Source: Enoplolaimus lenunculus (taxonomy: Eukaryota). Taken from it: a stretch of DNA of 64,000 bases. A program made the translations under genes and the position numbers. The notes under the pieces were generated by a model that saw only the letters and a program-made list of their open reading frames with translations, did not search any database and was not told the DNA's origin. Positions 38,706 through 49,052 of this stretch are shown here, one piece after another (positions within the stretch are counted from its first letter, which is position 1; each line of letters starts with the position of its first letter). The stretch spans positions 248,001 to 312,000 of the forward strand of contig JASANG010003092.1 in NCBI GenBank assembly GCA_030248215.1. Reading direction: 5' to 3'.

Positions 38706-41342
38706 TTAACCGCAGCATGATACATGAATGGTTTCCTTCGAAATTCCAGGCTGAATATTTCGAGGCGTTGTTGATTGAGCATCCGAATCGGGTTTCGGTA
38801 ACTTTTGCGCTAAAAACCACAATGCAATATTAGTACCAATAACGTACAATATTGTAGCTTAAAACTACCAAGTTTTTAGCGACCAATGTTTAAATGTATT
38901 CAGTGAAATTATACTTGTTATAAATAAATAGTAATTAATAAAAAAAGATTTCCAGCATATGAAATGCGTAATATATTCCAGAAAATAAAACAAAGATTGA
39001 ATTACATTGACTAAACGACAAACATTGATTGACAAGATGCTACACGTGATGTTTCAGCAATTTTTGGGTAATCTGTATTTATTATAGCATAGGAAATTTA
39101 AAAACAGCTCACCGACTTCCAAAAATACATCAGTTACATTCTGACCCGTCTTCGCAGAAGTCTCCAAGAAAATAAGGTCACAGTCGTTTGCATGTAGTTC
39201 TGCTTCCTGTATTGAAATGTAACTGTGAATCATAGGTTTACCATCGCAATTTTGATTTACACAGCAAACTTTCATCACCTGATTCTCAGTTTATCTTCAA
39301 AACAACTATATTTGTACTAAGTAATTGGTACTTTTAAAGACAGCTGCAATACCACTTAATTAGACACCACCTATGACGTTTTAAAAAACTGTTACTTTAC
39401 ATACCAATCTTCACCTCGGGCACTAGAAGTATTATGTTCCTAAGAGAACCCAGAAATCACTTACAATACTAATTATTGTTCATACCTCATATTCTACCAT
39501 TCGTTTGTGCGCAAGATCAACTTTATTCCCAACCAAGGCAATCACAATATCAGGACTTGCTTGTCGGTTCAACTCCTTTATCCATTCTTTTGCACGACGG
39601 TAAGAATTCTGAAACAATACATACAGGTACTTAGAACTAAAGCTCAGTGTATAAAACAGAAATTAAACCTATTCAAATCACCCATACGACACGCTTGGAG
39701 TAAACATATTGCTCACTAACTTGGTGATTTCTTTTCTAAAATCACTTTGATTGCAAGAAACACTTAAAACGTTAATTTAATACAAGTCAAAAACAAGAAC
39801 TACAAAACTGAATATAAGGCGCAACTGAATAATATATACATACTGTATTTGTAATATCGTACACAACCACGGCTGCTTGAGCACCACGGTAGTACATTGG
39901 AGCAAGTGAATTGTACCGCTCTTGTCCAGCAGTGTCCCAAATTTCAAATTTAACTGCTGAACAATCATCAAGGCTAACCGATTGTGTTAAAAACGCAGCT
40001 TAAAAAAGTAAGATCACTCACTGTATAGTTAGTTAAATAGGACGCGAAATCGAGATCCGACCAACAATCGTTGCCAATTTATAGACAACAATTAAATATG
40101 TCTCGGGCCTGTCCCTGGCACTGGTACCGGACGACCACTTAATTTGTTGGGGCCCAATCATGCCAAATTTTAAATGCAATCTTTACACGTCTCTATGCGC
40201 CTCGAAGAACTGAATAAAAATCTGGAGTTTCGGTTATGCGAAACCTTTATATAACGTGTACTTATACAGATATATTCATTTTTATTTTAACTTGCAATAC
40301 CGCATATTAAATAGAAAACACTGTTTCGACTTAACGCTCTATTTCTCGCCAAAATGTGTCAAAATACATTTTTGCAAAAATATCAATTAGCCCACGCTGC
40401 TACTGGCTTCTGGCTCAGCAAGCCTCCTGGCACAGAGAAAAGTTTCATACAATTTGCTGTATGTAAGGCAAGATATAAAACATCGTCTGAACTAATAATT
40501 TCGTCATTTGTTATACCACTGAACTATTTTGAGACAACTATCAGCCTGCTTTACCGTTACTTGATAAAAACATTTCGACATACCTCCAATTGTTGATTCT
40601 TGATTTTCATGAAATTGTCCTTTAACGAATCTCAACACCAAAGAGGATTTGCCCACAGCGGACTCTCCCAGAAGTACGAGCTAAAATAATATAACACAAC
40701 TTGAATATATATCACAGTGCAATGCAGTGCATTGTAACGTATGCTTGCCGACAGCATAAGTGTCGACAATATAACGGACGATAAAAGCATTTGGAGAAGC
40801 GGTCAATGTTTTTCCGTGTATTCTGGGTTCTGAGGATCCGCAGGTTTAAGAATTCGAGCCCAACCTGCGCTTGCTTTCCTAGTTGAATGGTGACAAGGTC
40901 GGAAATTGGGCGCACGATCGTACAATCTAAACTAACATGGTGGCTACGCCATGAACGCAACAGGAACAGTTGCGCTTTGAAGACGGTATGCAATCGCAAA
41001 TAGGATGAATGGAACCGCCGAATAAGAACCTTGTTAAAAATTGAGCACTAAGAATATATGAAAATATTATATAAATGCTTGTCCGTTGAGTACAAAAGCA
41101 GTATATGTAATGCGCGGTAAACGCAGTTAAAGCGGTGGGCTGCACGGTTAATGGCAGGGCGTTCGTTAATAAATCTGTGGCTTGAGAGATTAAATCTGAC
41201 CCGTGCCTGCTTTTTATGCTGCTACTTAAAGATATCTGACGTGACGATCAATGCAACCTTATATATTACAGTAACTAACCTTAAATTGACTGTTGCGTTT
41301 GGCGAAGTCATTTCTATCAACAGCAGTTGGCTGTCTAGTCAT
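38706..41342 (-). CDS. RAB5: Rab5 small GTPase, 211 aa
   Basis: Six exons: 41342-41280, 40680-40584, 39998-39844, 39608-39486, 39206-39113, 38809-38706 (636 nt). Motifs: [69 protein letters not shown]-terminal prenylation motif SCCG*. Confidence 0.96.
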
Positions 41343-42486
41343 ATCACAAAAAATTATACTTAAAATAATAAATATATATATATCAATAGAGTGGAATGAC
41401 CTAAAATTATATAAATACCTTAATAATTTCAAGCTGCTACAGAACATATTGTGTTAAGCCGTCATCACAGGCGTAAGTTTTTGTAGAAAAAACTTTCACG
41501 TGCAACTTGTATGTGTAAGTTTGGTCACAAAACAGCTTTGAAGTACTTGCATTTGCAAATTACTCAATTGAATTCGTGCTAGGTATTAAAACGAATTTGC
41601 ACTTGTGAGCGCAGCTGCAAGTTGCTTGAATTTCTTACACCTGCACTTTGTTTGGCCAATATGTGAATATGTTTTTGAGCGCTTCTTAATTAATTCAGAC
41701 ATTTTGAATTTAATCAAAAAACTTGAATTAATTCAAATATCAAACCTGTTTGAATTTTCGCTGGTTATGACGTGGCTGGCTGGACTGGTTTTCAAGTACT
41801 GAGTACTAAACAGACATTGTAGGCTTTGAAAGCGGTTTAAACCGCAGCAAATTTTTATCGAAAAATGATTCAGACAACTTACAATTATTCGTGATGATTA
41901 TATACAACACAAAACAGCTTTGAAGTTTTCGTAGTTGCAAGTAATTCACTGGAATTCAAAGTATTAAATATGATTCGCAAGAATGAACGCAGCTGCATGT
42001 CGGTTGTATTCATTGAACTTGCATTTTGAGTGGTCAATCGGAAACAGTGTAGCTGTGTGCTTCTTGAATTATTTCAAACTTTTAAAATATACGAAAAGAT
42101 CTTGAAATCGAATGCCAACCTTGTTTGGTATTTCGCAGCCTAGTTGCAGCTGGTAGTTCTCGCTATCGGGTATTGCACGATGGAATGCTCGAATTGAATA
42201 AATGTAAAAACTCAACATGTAATAAACATTGCATACATAGTAGCTATGCAGTCAGCATAGTGCACTGGTAAACAACGCATATATTAGCACAGAAATTAGC
42301 ACTTTGCAGTCGCGTCCCGGTACCGACCCAAAATTGTGTGTAATTTGTTGTAAAAGTGCAACATTGGCCGTTGCGTTGTATAAAATTGTGCAGTGTGTCG
42401 CGCGTATCGTTGTTAGGGCTGTGATAAGTTGGGTAGGCTAGGGTACAACGGTTTTTAATTCTGACTGCTCAGCAGCTTAACAAGAG

Positions 42487-42559
42487 GGACGCTCCCAGGA
42501 GGTTTCGAACTCGGCGACAGATTATCAGTCCACCGCGCTAGCCACTGAGCCACGCCGCC
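42487..42559 (-). mobile_element. tRNA-derived SINE head (or tRNA pseudogene)
   Basis: GGCGGCG-TGGCTCAGTGG (A box)-CTAGCGCGGTGGACTGATAATCTG-TCGCC-GAGTTCGAAAC (B box). The acceptor stem does not pair, so it is not a functional tRNA. Confidence 0.6.
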
Positions 42560-44173
42560 TCACAATCAACTGCTGAGTTTTTGTTTGCATGCCTTACAAG
42601 AACCTCAACATACACATTTGTTTACCGCTTTTGCATATGAAGACACTACATATGCATCAACGTTTTACCGATGTGCAGCATTAGCATGAGGATTCATTTT
42701 GCCCCGATGCGTCCGCACGTCACAGGGGCAAAAACTGCCGTGATTTACCGGATATAGACTGTTTATAGACGGATTTGACGTAAAACCTGAACTTAACCCC
42801 GATTTTGATAGTTTCGAGTTGTCCCCGAATTTCGTAAAAATACGTTTTGTGAGTCAAGTTAGCGTTAATCTTGCTTGTCTTATGTCTGTCAGAATTTTAT
42901 TTGCTCGAATTGTTTGAAATAGCCCTGCAAAATTTTGTGTTAACACTCCAGAGCGTACTAACCCAAAATAAAATCATATACGATAGCACGTGCCAAGAAC
43001 TCACATTTTCAGATTTTTTAGGCTCAAAGCTGGGCCAAATTACGGATTCCATTCCCAACAGTCTTCTTGTCTATTGTTTCGACAACTTTACACTGACATA
43101 ACACTTACAAACGAAAGCAGCTAGAGTTCAATATATCACACAATAAGTATTTAAAAGGTCCATAACTTTTCAAACCCTCCAATACGTCACATATTACTGG
43201 GATGTCAAACACTACTAGCTAGCTGTTTACCAGCAATAAAGTTCACTGTAGCGTATTTGCTATATCAAAACTGTTCTATCGTGTTTGCGTTAAAATAATA
43301 CCGGAGCAGCGCCCCGTGTTAACGTTAAATATAAAGCATCTGTTCACTTCATTAACAAATGGTGTTGAATCTAGCCACGTTTGGTTCTGCAGCGCAATCC
43401 TAATCATTTGAAACCTGATTTTGTGCGTGTAATTTGCGAAGCTTAAAGGACACTTCGTTTACTGTGGACCGAAAGTATAGCGATACTTAAATTTGTCTGG
43501 ATAGTACTGATGGTTTGATAATACTGCTAGTAGTTCGTGAGTTAATATAACTAGCAATGGTTATACGCGTTTAATTAACTGCCTAGGTAGTTATAGGTCG
43601 CTCTACTGGACGAATTGTTGGCCAGCTGTTCTTTCTGATATATATTTTTTGACCTGGTTACGTGTTTGGTGGTTCTAATTGAAAGATTAATTTTGGATTC
43701 CGCTTTGAAAAAATCGAATTTGCAAAGACTTCAACAACTGTACTAATTCCGTTTCCGCCAGACATCGGTCATCAGACAACAGTGCAAGGCGTGTGATTTT
43801 TTTATACATGTTACGTACGTTATACAAAACAATTGAACCACCATTCGAAAACCTTTTAGTTTTAAGGGGTTCTGTACCTGTATGCATTTTTCGGCTCTCC
43901 TTTGTTAAGTCAAAGTCAAAGTTTCTGCAGCGCAATATACCTTCATCTTTTTGTTTGTACAGTCTGTGCGGAAGAGCGAAATATTTCACATTGTGATACA
44001 GATTATTCATAGTAAATGATATGAAATTTTTATCAACAAACGGTTTGACTGTGCACAATTCGCATCGTGATCTACAAATTTTTGTAATCGCAGCGATAGA
44101 AATTAAAAAAATGTTTTAGAAGCTATGACGATACATCTACTGTTTGTTGTATTATAATTTTGTAATTACCAAC

Positions 44174-47100
44174 ATGACAAAACTACAGTCCCTTATGTTG
44201 CGGTCGACTGACGTCATTAGTTTTCATAGAAGGACAGTCGTTCAGTATGTTCAAGGACAGTCCCCAGCACCAAAAATCCGAGAGTATTTCTATTATATTG
44301 ATCACCACGGCCAGGTATGCGGGCTATTAAAAATTACCTTACACTACGGATGTACCGGGGCCAGAAAATATACTACATATCAATTTGTTATTTTATATAC
44401 CTTTGCGTAACCATGTGCCTGGGAGTACGATACCATTTTTATGATATCGCGTCACGCGACATTTTGTTGATACTCCCATGTTGTGAAGTTAGTTTTATGC
44501 ATTTGTTACCTGTCATATCGCTTCAAGCAACATTTTGCCTATAGTAATTTAAGCTGGGTTCCGATCATTAAATTGTGCCACGGAAGATTGTTTGTCCGGT
44601 ACGGTATGACCTCGGGACATCTCTAGCTAACACGATTTGTGGAGCGGTTTGTGTGAATTTTTCTGTTTTGAAATGACTACTGCAGCAGTACTTGTACTTC
44701 AACAAGAACAGAACGGAATTGATTATGTTGAATGCTGTTTGTGATCACGATAGTCCTCGCTCCTGAGCGATACGTTAATTGTTTCAGCTATTTTTGGATG
44801 ATGCAAAAATGAAAAATTTCACTTCGTGTTTCAAAGGTATATGTTTTAATGTTTAGCGAGAACAAGAACTATATTAAACTTTGCATCGCAACTTTATGTG
44901 TATTGTTATCTATAACTTCCTCGCATATATCTATGTTTTTTGCATGCTTCAATCGTTATACGTAAAGTGTTACCGTGTATATATTATTTTATACTGCTGA
45001 TAGCTAACAATATTTTTGTTTCAGAAAAAGACTTCCTTGTGTTCTTTTTTCGGCGTCTGCGATATAATAATTTTGTTAGATATAGAAACGCGTTTCCTTT
45101 CGTGAGCTTGTGTGGTCGCGAAAGAAATTTCATTCGCTGCGATGATCTGCCAATAGTTTTTACGCATTTGCTCACTGCCGACGAAGTTCACAGGTTTAAA
45201 GAAGGTTATAACTAGAGCAACTTTTTTCAATTTTATATTAAAGCGTTCAAAATTGTTTTGCTACATTCTTATGGAGCATCCACGTTATAACGCTTGCGCA
45301 GATGCAAAAAATGTCCAGTTTACCCCTACAAACTGGCTTCTCCACAGCTTGAAAATTTCTGCCGGGGGGCGTTTCCTGGGGGCCCCCAGGAGTTTCCTGG
45401 GGGGCAGCTAATTTTGCTGGGGGGCAGTTTTCCTGGGGGCCCCCAGATGATCTGGGGGTCCTGGGGGCAGGTCAAAATTTTGCAAGCCGACTTTTTGGAC
45501 CGTTTTTTATTCTAGATCGTGTTTCCAACTCAACTGAAGATTACTCATCGCTCAACATGACAAAAATTCCCCGTAAACGCTAATAACAATAATTTTAACT
45601 AATATTACTGACAACATTACCAGAAGTTGAAAGAAGCACAATTATATAAAATAGAGATAATCTATAATTGAAACTGTGATTAACTTATATTTTATATATT
45701 GGTCACAGCTTCAGTTTATCATAAGGATCAGGCGGGTTGAACTTGTTGCTGCAAGGTACTTTCGAATGCTGTATGCCCTGAAACGGTCTTTATATAATTG
45801 TGCTTTTTTTCAGTTCATTATTGAATTGTACTAGTTACTACCGGTATTTGTAACCCTATTAAACAATTATGAGTACTCAGCGTAATATAAAATCACATTT
45901 TGCCGAATGTCCGCCTCAAAAAAAGTCCAGGTCTATGTTTTAACATTGAAAATTTTTGGCTTAGAAAAGTCCTGGGGGCCCCCAGCAAAAAAATTTGCTG
46001 GGGGGCGGCCGAAAATTCGCCGGAGGGCCTTTCCTGGGGGCGGCAAAATTTTCGCCGGGGGGAAAATGAAAATTTCGAAAAGTGCTGGGGCCCCCCGCCC
46101 CCCCGCTGTGGAGAAGCCAGACAAAGAGAGTACGTTTCACAATTGTAGCTAGAGTGAGTGTCTGGACATAAATAATGGTGTGCTTAGATAGTGGTGTTTG
46201 TCCGCAGTCTTTTGTAAGGGACTCGGACAAAACACATGGCGTTTTTTGGGCTGTATGGACATTTTAAGGTATGTGCAGTAATGCAGATATTGTTATAGCG
46301 TTTTATTTGAAATGTGTGAAGTTTGCGTATATACACGCACACAGTTTTGTTTAAATAGTCCCTTCGGAGGGACTCAGTAAATTTGTACACTGTGCATATG
46401 GCATAGGGACAAAAACATGTTATTGCCGTAAGGTTAAGACAAATATAAGCTTCCAAACTGGCTATGTTTATTGTCGGTACTCTGTAAGAATAAGTTATTC
46501 GCGTAAGACATACTGTCTTAGCCCACTCTGTTCACACAACGTTGATCCTCGGAGGGACACGACAATTTTTTACTTTTTCGCGAGCGTTATAACGTGGATG
46601 CTCCATTAATAATATAATGTGTTTTAACTGTATCTTCTAATAACGTACGTATTTTACTACTAAGTAAATTTTCCGCTGCAATAACTCCTCATTTTCTAAC
46701 TACCTACTTTGTATTTCATGCGGATATTATGTTGTCAGGAAATGTTTGACAGTATTTTTTATTTTTAGGATCTCGAAAATTTGATCACAAAAGCAGATTC
46801 AATGTGGACAGTTCTCATAGCGCGACACATTACCTAGTCTATGGCAATGCTGACCCAAGACTGTGCGTACCTTTTCGTCCTGAACTTGTGTCTATGTCCG
46901 CCGTGAACGGACGAGTATATCATGCCGGACCTGCGTTTCCCGGGTTGATGAATTTTGCTGAACGCGAGCCCGAAAAGAAAATAACACCTGGTGAGAATTC
47001 TTGTGCTGCAGACATAGAAGACGCCGAGCATGAAAGTACCATTGGGTTAGATACTGACATACCACCACTTGACTATGTGGGCCTGGTTAGCTCAGCTCTT

Positions 47101-47295
47101 GCTCTTAAATTGGCTCGTAATTTTGAATTTGAACACAGTGCCGCGGAATCTGATTGTTCCGCCAATGCCAAATATCCAGTACCATCGCACATGTTGTGGG
47201 ATGGGGTAAAGTATCATCTAAAGCATACAGTGGGACCAGTGATAGCTCAAATGCACAAGTTTTGCGGGTATGAGCCTAAAGCGTGGAAGGATTGA
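44174..47295 (+). CDS. C8orf82: UPF0598 / C8orf82 homolog, 298 aa
   Basis: Four exons: 44174-44314, 44788-44836, 45025-45204, 46769-47295 (897 nt). Motifs: YVQGQSPAPKIREYFYYIDHHGQLFLDDAKMKNFTSCFK, FPFVSLCGRERNFIRCDDLPIVFTHLL, NGRVYH, VGLVSSALAL, PSHMLW. Confidence 0.92.
45272..46605. mobile_element. PIF/Harbinger-like non-autonomous element in C8orf82 intron 3
   Basis: Perfect 23-bp TIR TGGAGCATCCACGTTATAACGCT / AGCGTTATAACGTGGATGCTCCA; 3-bp TSD TTA. Confidence 0.8.
45333..46120. mobile_element. Nested MITE with 5-bp TSD and CCTGGGGGCCCCC subterminal repeats
   Basis: Perfect 16-bp TIR CTGGCTTCTCCACAGC / GCTGTGGAGAAGCCAG; both flanks read acaaa. Confidence 0.8.
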
Positions 47296-47449
47296 TTTAT
47301 TAACATTTTAATTATATAAACATGTTCCTTAATGAAGTACGACAAAGATAATAACAACTTGGTAGGCGTTACGAAAATGTATATTTTCCATTCCGCTACA
47401 TTATTGTAATAATGGTATTATGTGTTATTTCTGTATTTCTTTGTGATAA

Positions 47450-47455
47450 AATAAA
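47450..47455 (+). promoter_or_regulatory. Probable poly(A) signal of C8orf82
   Basis: AATAAA 155 nt after the stop codon, followed by a T-rich tract. Confidence 0.45.
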
Positions 47456-48330
47456 TTTTTAGCTTTGTCTATCGATTGTGTATGGTAACGAGCGTTGTCT
47501 GAGATACAACTTGTCTGCAATAATGAGGCTTTGTGTTGTGTGGGACAGTTCTATTTCAACTCCTAAACAATTAGTGTTCATATTCTCTGTATTAGGTTGA
47601 ACCTGTACATTTTCTTTTTTTAGCTGCAGGTAATCGGCGTTGCAAAATTTTAATTTGCTGTATGCACTGGACATTCGCGGTGAAGTAGGGGGCATTAACC
47701 GGGATTTATCTAGTTGGGAGTTGCAGAATTTTCAATAAATCGTCAGTTGCGCTAGCCAGTGATTAGTTACGCCTACAAATAACACATAGTCAAAAGCAAC
47801 CGTATAAATAATTAGGGATGTGCCGATAGCAAAATTTTTGCCGACACCTCTTCTTATTTTGATATTTTGCCGAAACATAAATCAAATATATAAAGACATG
47901 ATCGAGAGGACCGGGTACCTTTAATTCGTACTAATAACATTTTAACGTAAAATTACCGGGGGAGAAAACTTTGTTGGGGAGGCCGATCAGGGGGAAAATC
48001 TTAGGTGGGACATGGCTTTTGGTAAGTTGAGGGGCCCACCTCCCCGTACCACATCCCCCAGCAAATTGGTTTCTCATGTGGGCTGTATGGGACTGCCATG
48101 TAAACCTAATCTTCGTAGTCTGTCTGGAATTTTTTGTGTCGAGAAAACTGCTAAAACTACGCTACAGTAGTTTTTCATTTGAATTAATTAATTTGGCTCG
48201 GTTGGTCACGTATTTATTGTTATTTTATAATTTTGACACACTCAAAATATGTAAAAATAGTAGAATACAACTGTAGGTCCTATAAATAGAATTGCATTTC
48301 AGATTTTTTTCCTATTTATTGTGTTTTATA

Positions 48331-49052
48331 ATGTCGCGTGATAGTCACGTTGACAATAATTTATTAATCGATCGTTTAAAATCTGTTTTGCTAGATTTGG
48401 GTAGCAATGGTGCGTCCAGTGTTCAGGAATTGCAAGCTACATTTGAGTAAGTATAAGCTGAATCTAGAACGAGGATGGCTATAGGGTCCGTTCTGGATTG
48501 ATGTTTGCAGGGATTTGCACGTAACCGAACGTTCCTTGAATTTATCGATGCTTTTGTGTGCAAAGTCCATGGTCATGAGGCAGTTAATGCAGCCTATGTA
48601 AGTTACGTTGTGATACGGAATAAGAGGGATTTTTCAAACCAGTAAAAAACTGTTGAAGAACGTGAAAACACAATCACTTAGACTGTAAAATAGTTCTGAA
48701 TAAAGCTTGGCACAAAAATGACCTAGTGACTGACACAATCTGTGCAAATACAGTGTGTATTAGTTAGACAATGATAAAGTTTAGTAGTCGCCTGTTTGTT
48801 GCAAGATATTTTATTTGTTCAGTTTATTTTCGGATTTGTTCAACTGCGAGCTTTATAGCGCAATGCATTCTGTATTATTTTAGAGCGAGATATTCCTGTC
48901 GCCTAAGTTTGCCCGAAGAAACGTGTGATCTAGGCGATTTCATCATTCATCATCCAGATATTGGTTATGTAACTAATTCAGGTCGTATTGTCTCTAACAA
49001 TGTGCAAATTTTGTCGGATGTCTTAGAATCACAGCTCGCGTATTCGACAAAG
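48331..49052 (+). other. Putative extended LOTUS (OST-HTH) domain encoded by the first two exons of the aminopeptidase gene
   Basis: MSRDSHVDNNLLIDRLKSVLLDLGSNGASSVQELQATFE|ARYSCRLSLPEETCDLGDFIIHHPDIGYVTNSGRIVSNNVQILSDVLESQLAYSTK. The hydrophobic pattern matches a LOTUS winged helix (L..VL...NG....LQ..F.......L.DF....P.....SG.I) followed by an eLOTUS-type C-terminal helix ending in Q. Confidence 0.7.

Noticed and set aside
40790..40870. tRNA-like A/B box remnants in Rab5 intron 1
   Set aside because: Too degenerate: interrupted B box and no cloverleaf.
43687..44058. 123-aa minus-strand ORF head-to-head with C8orf82
   Set aside because: Non-ATG start, no recognisable homology and no convincing splice structure.
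45294..46230. Gly/Pro-rich ORFs (GGPQEFPGG..., collagen-like)
   Set aside because: They come from the G/C-run subterminal repeats of the nested MITE.
48407..48446. ATG at 48407 (MVRPVFRNCKLHL) as the aminopeptidase start
   Set aside because: Its phase is incompatible with the 48884 acceptor; the ATG at 48331 gives the in-frame product.
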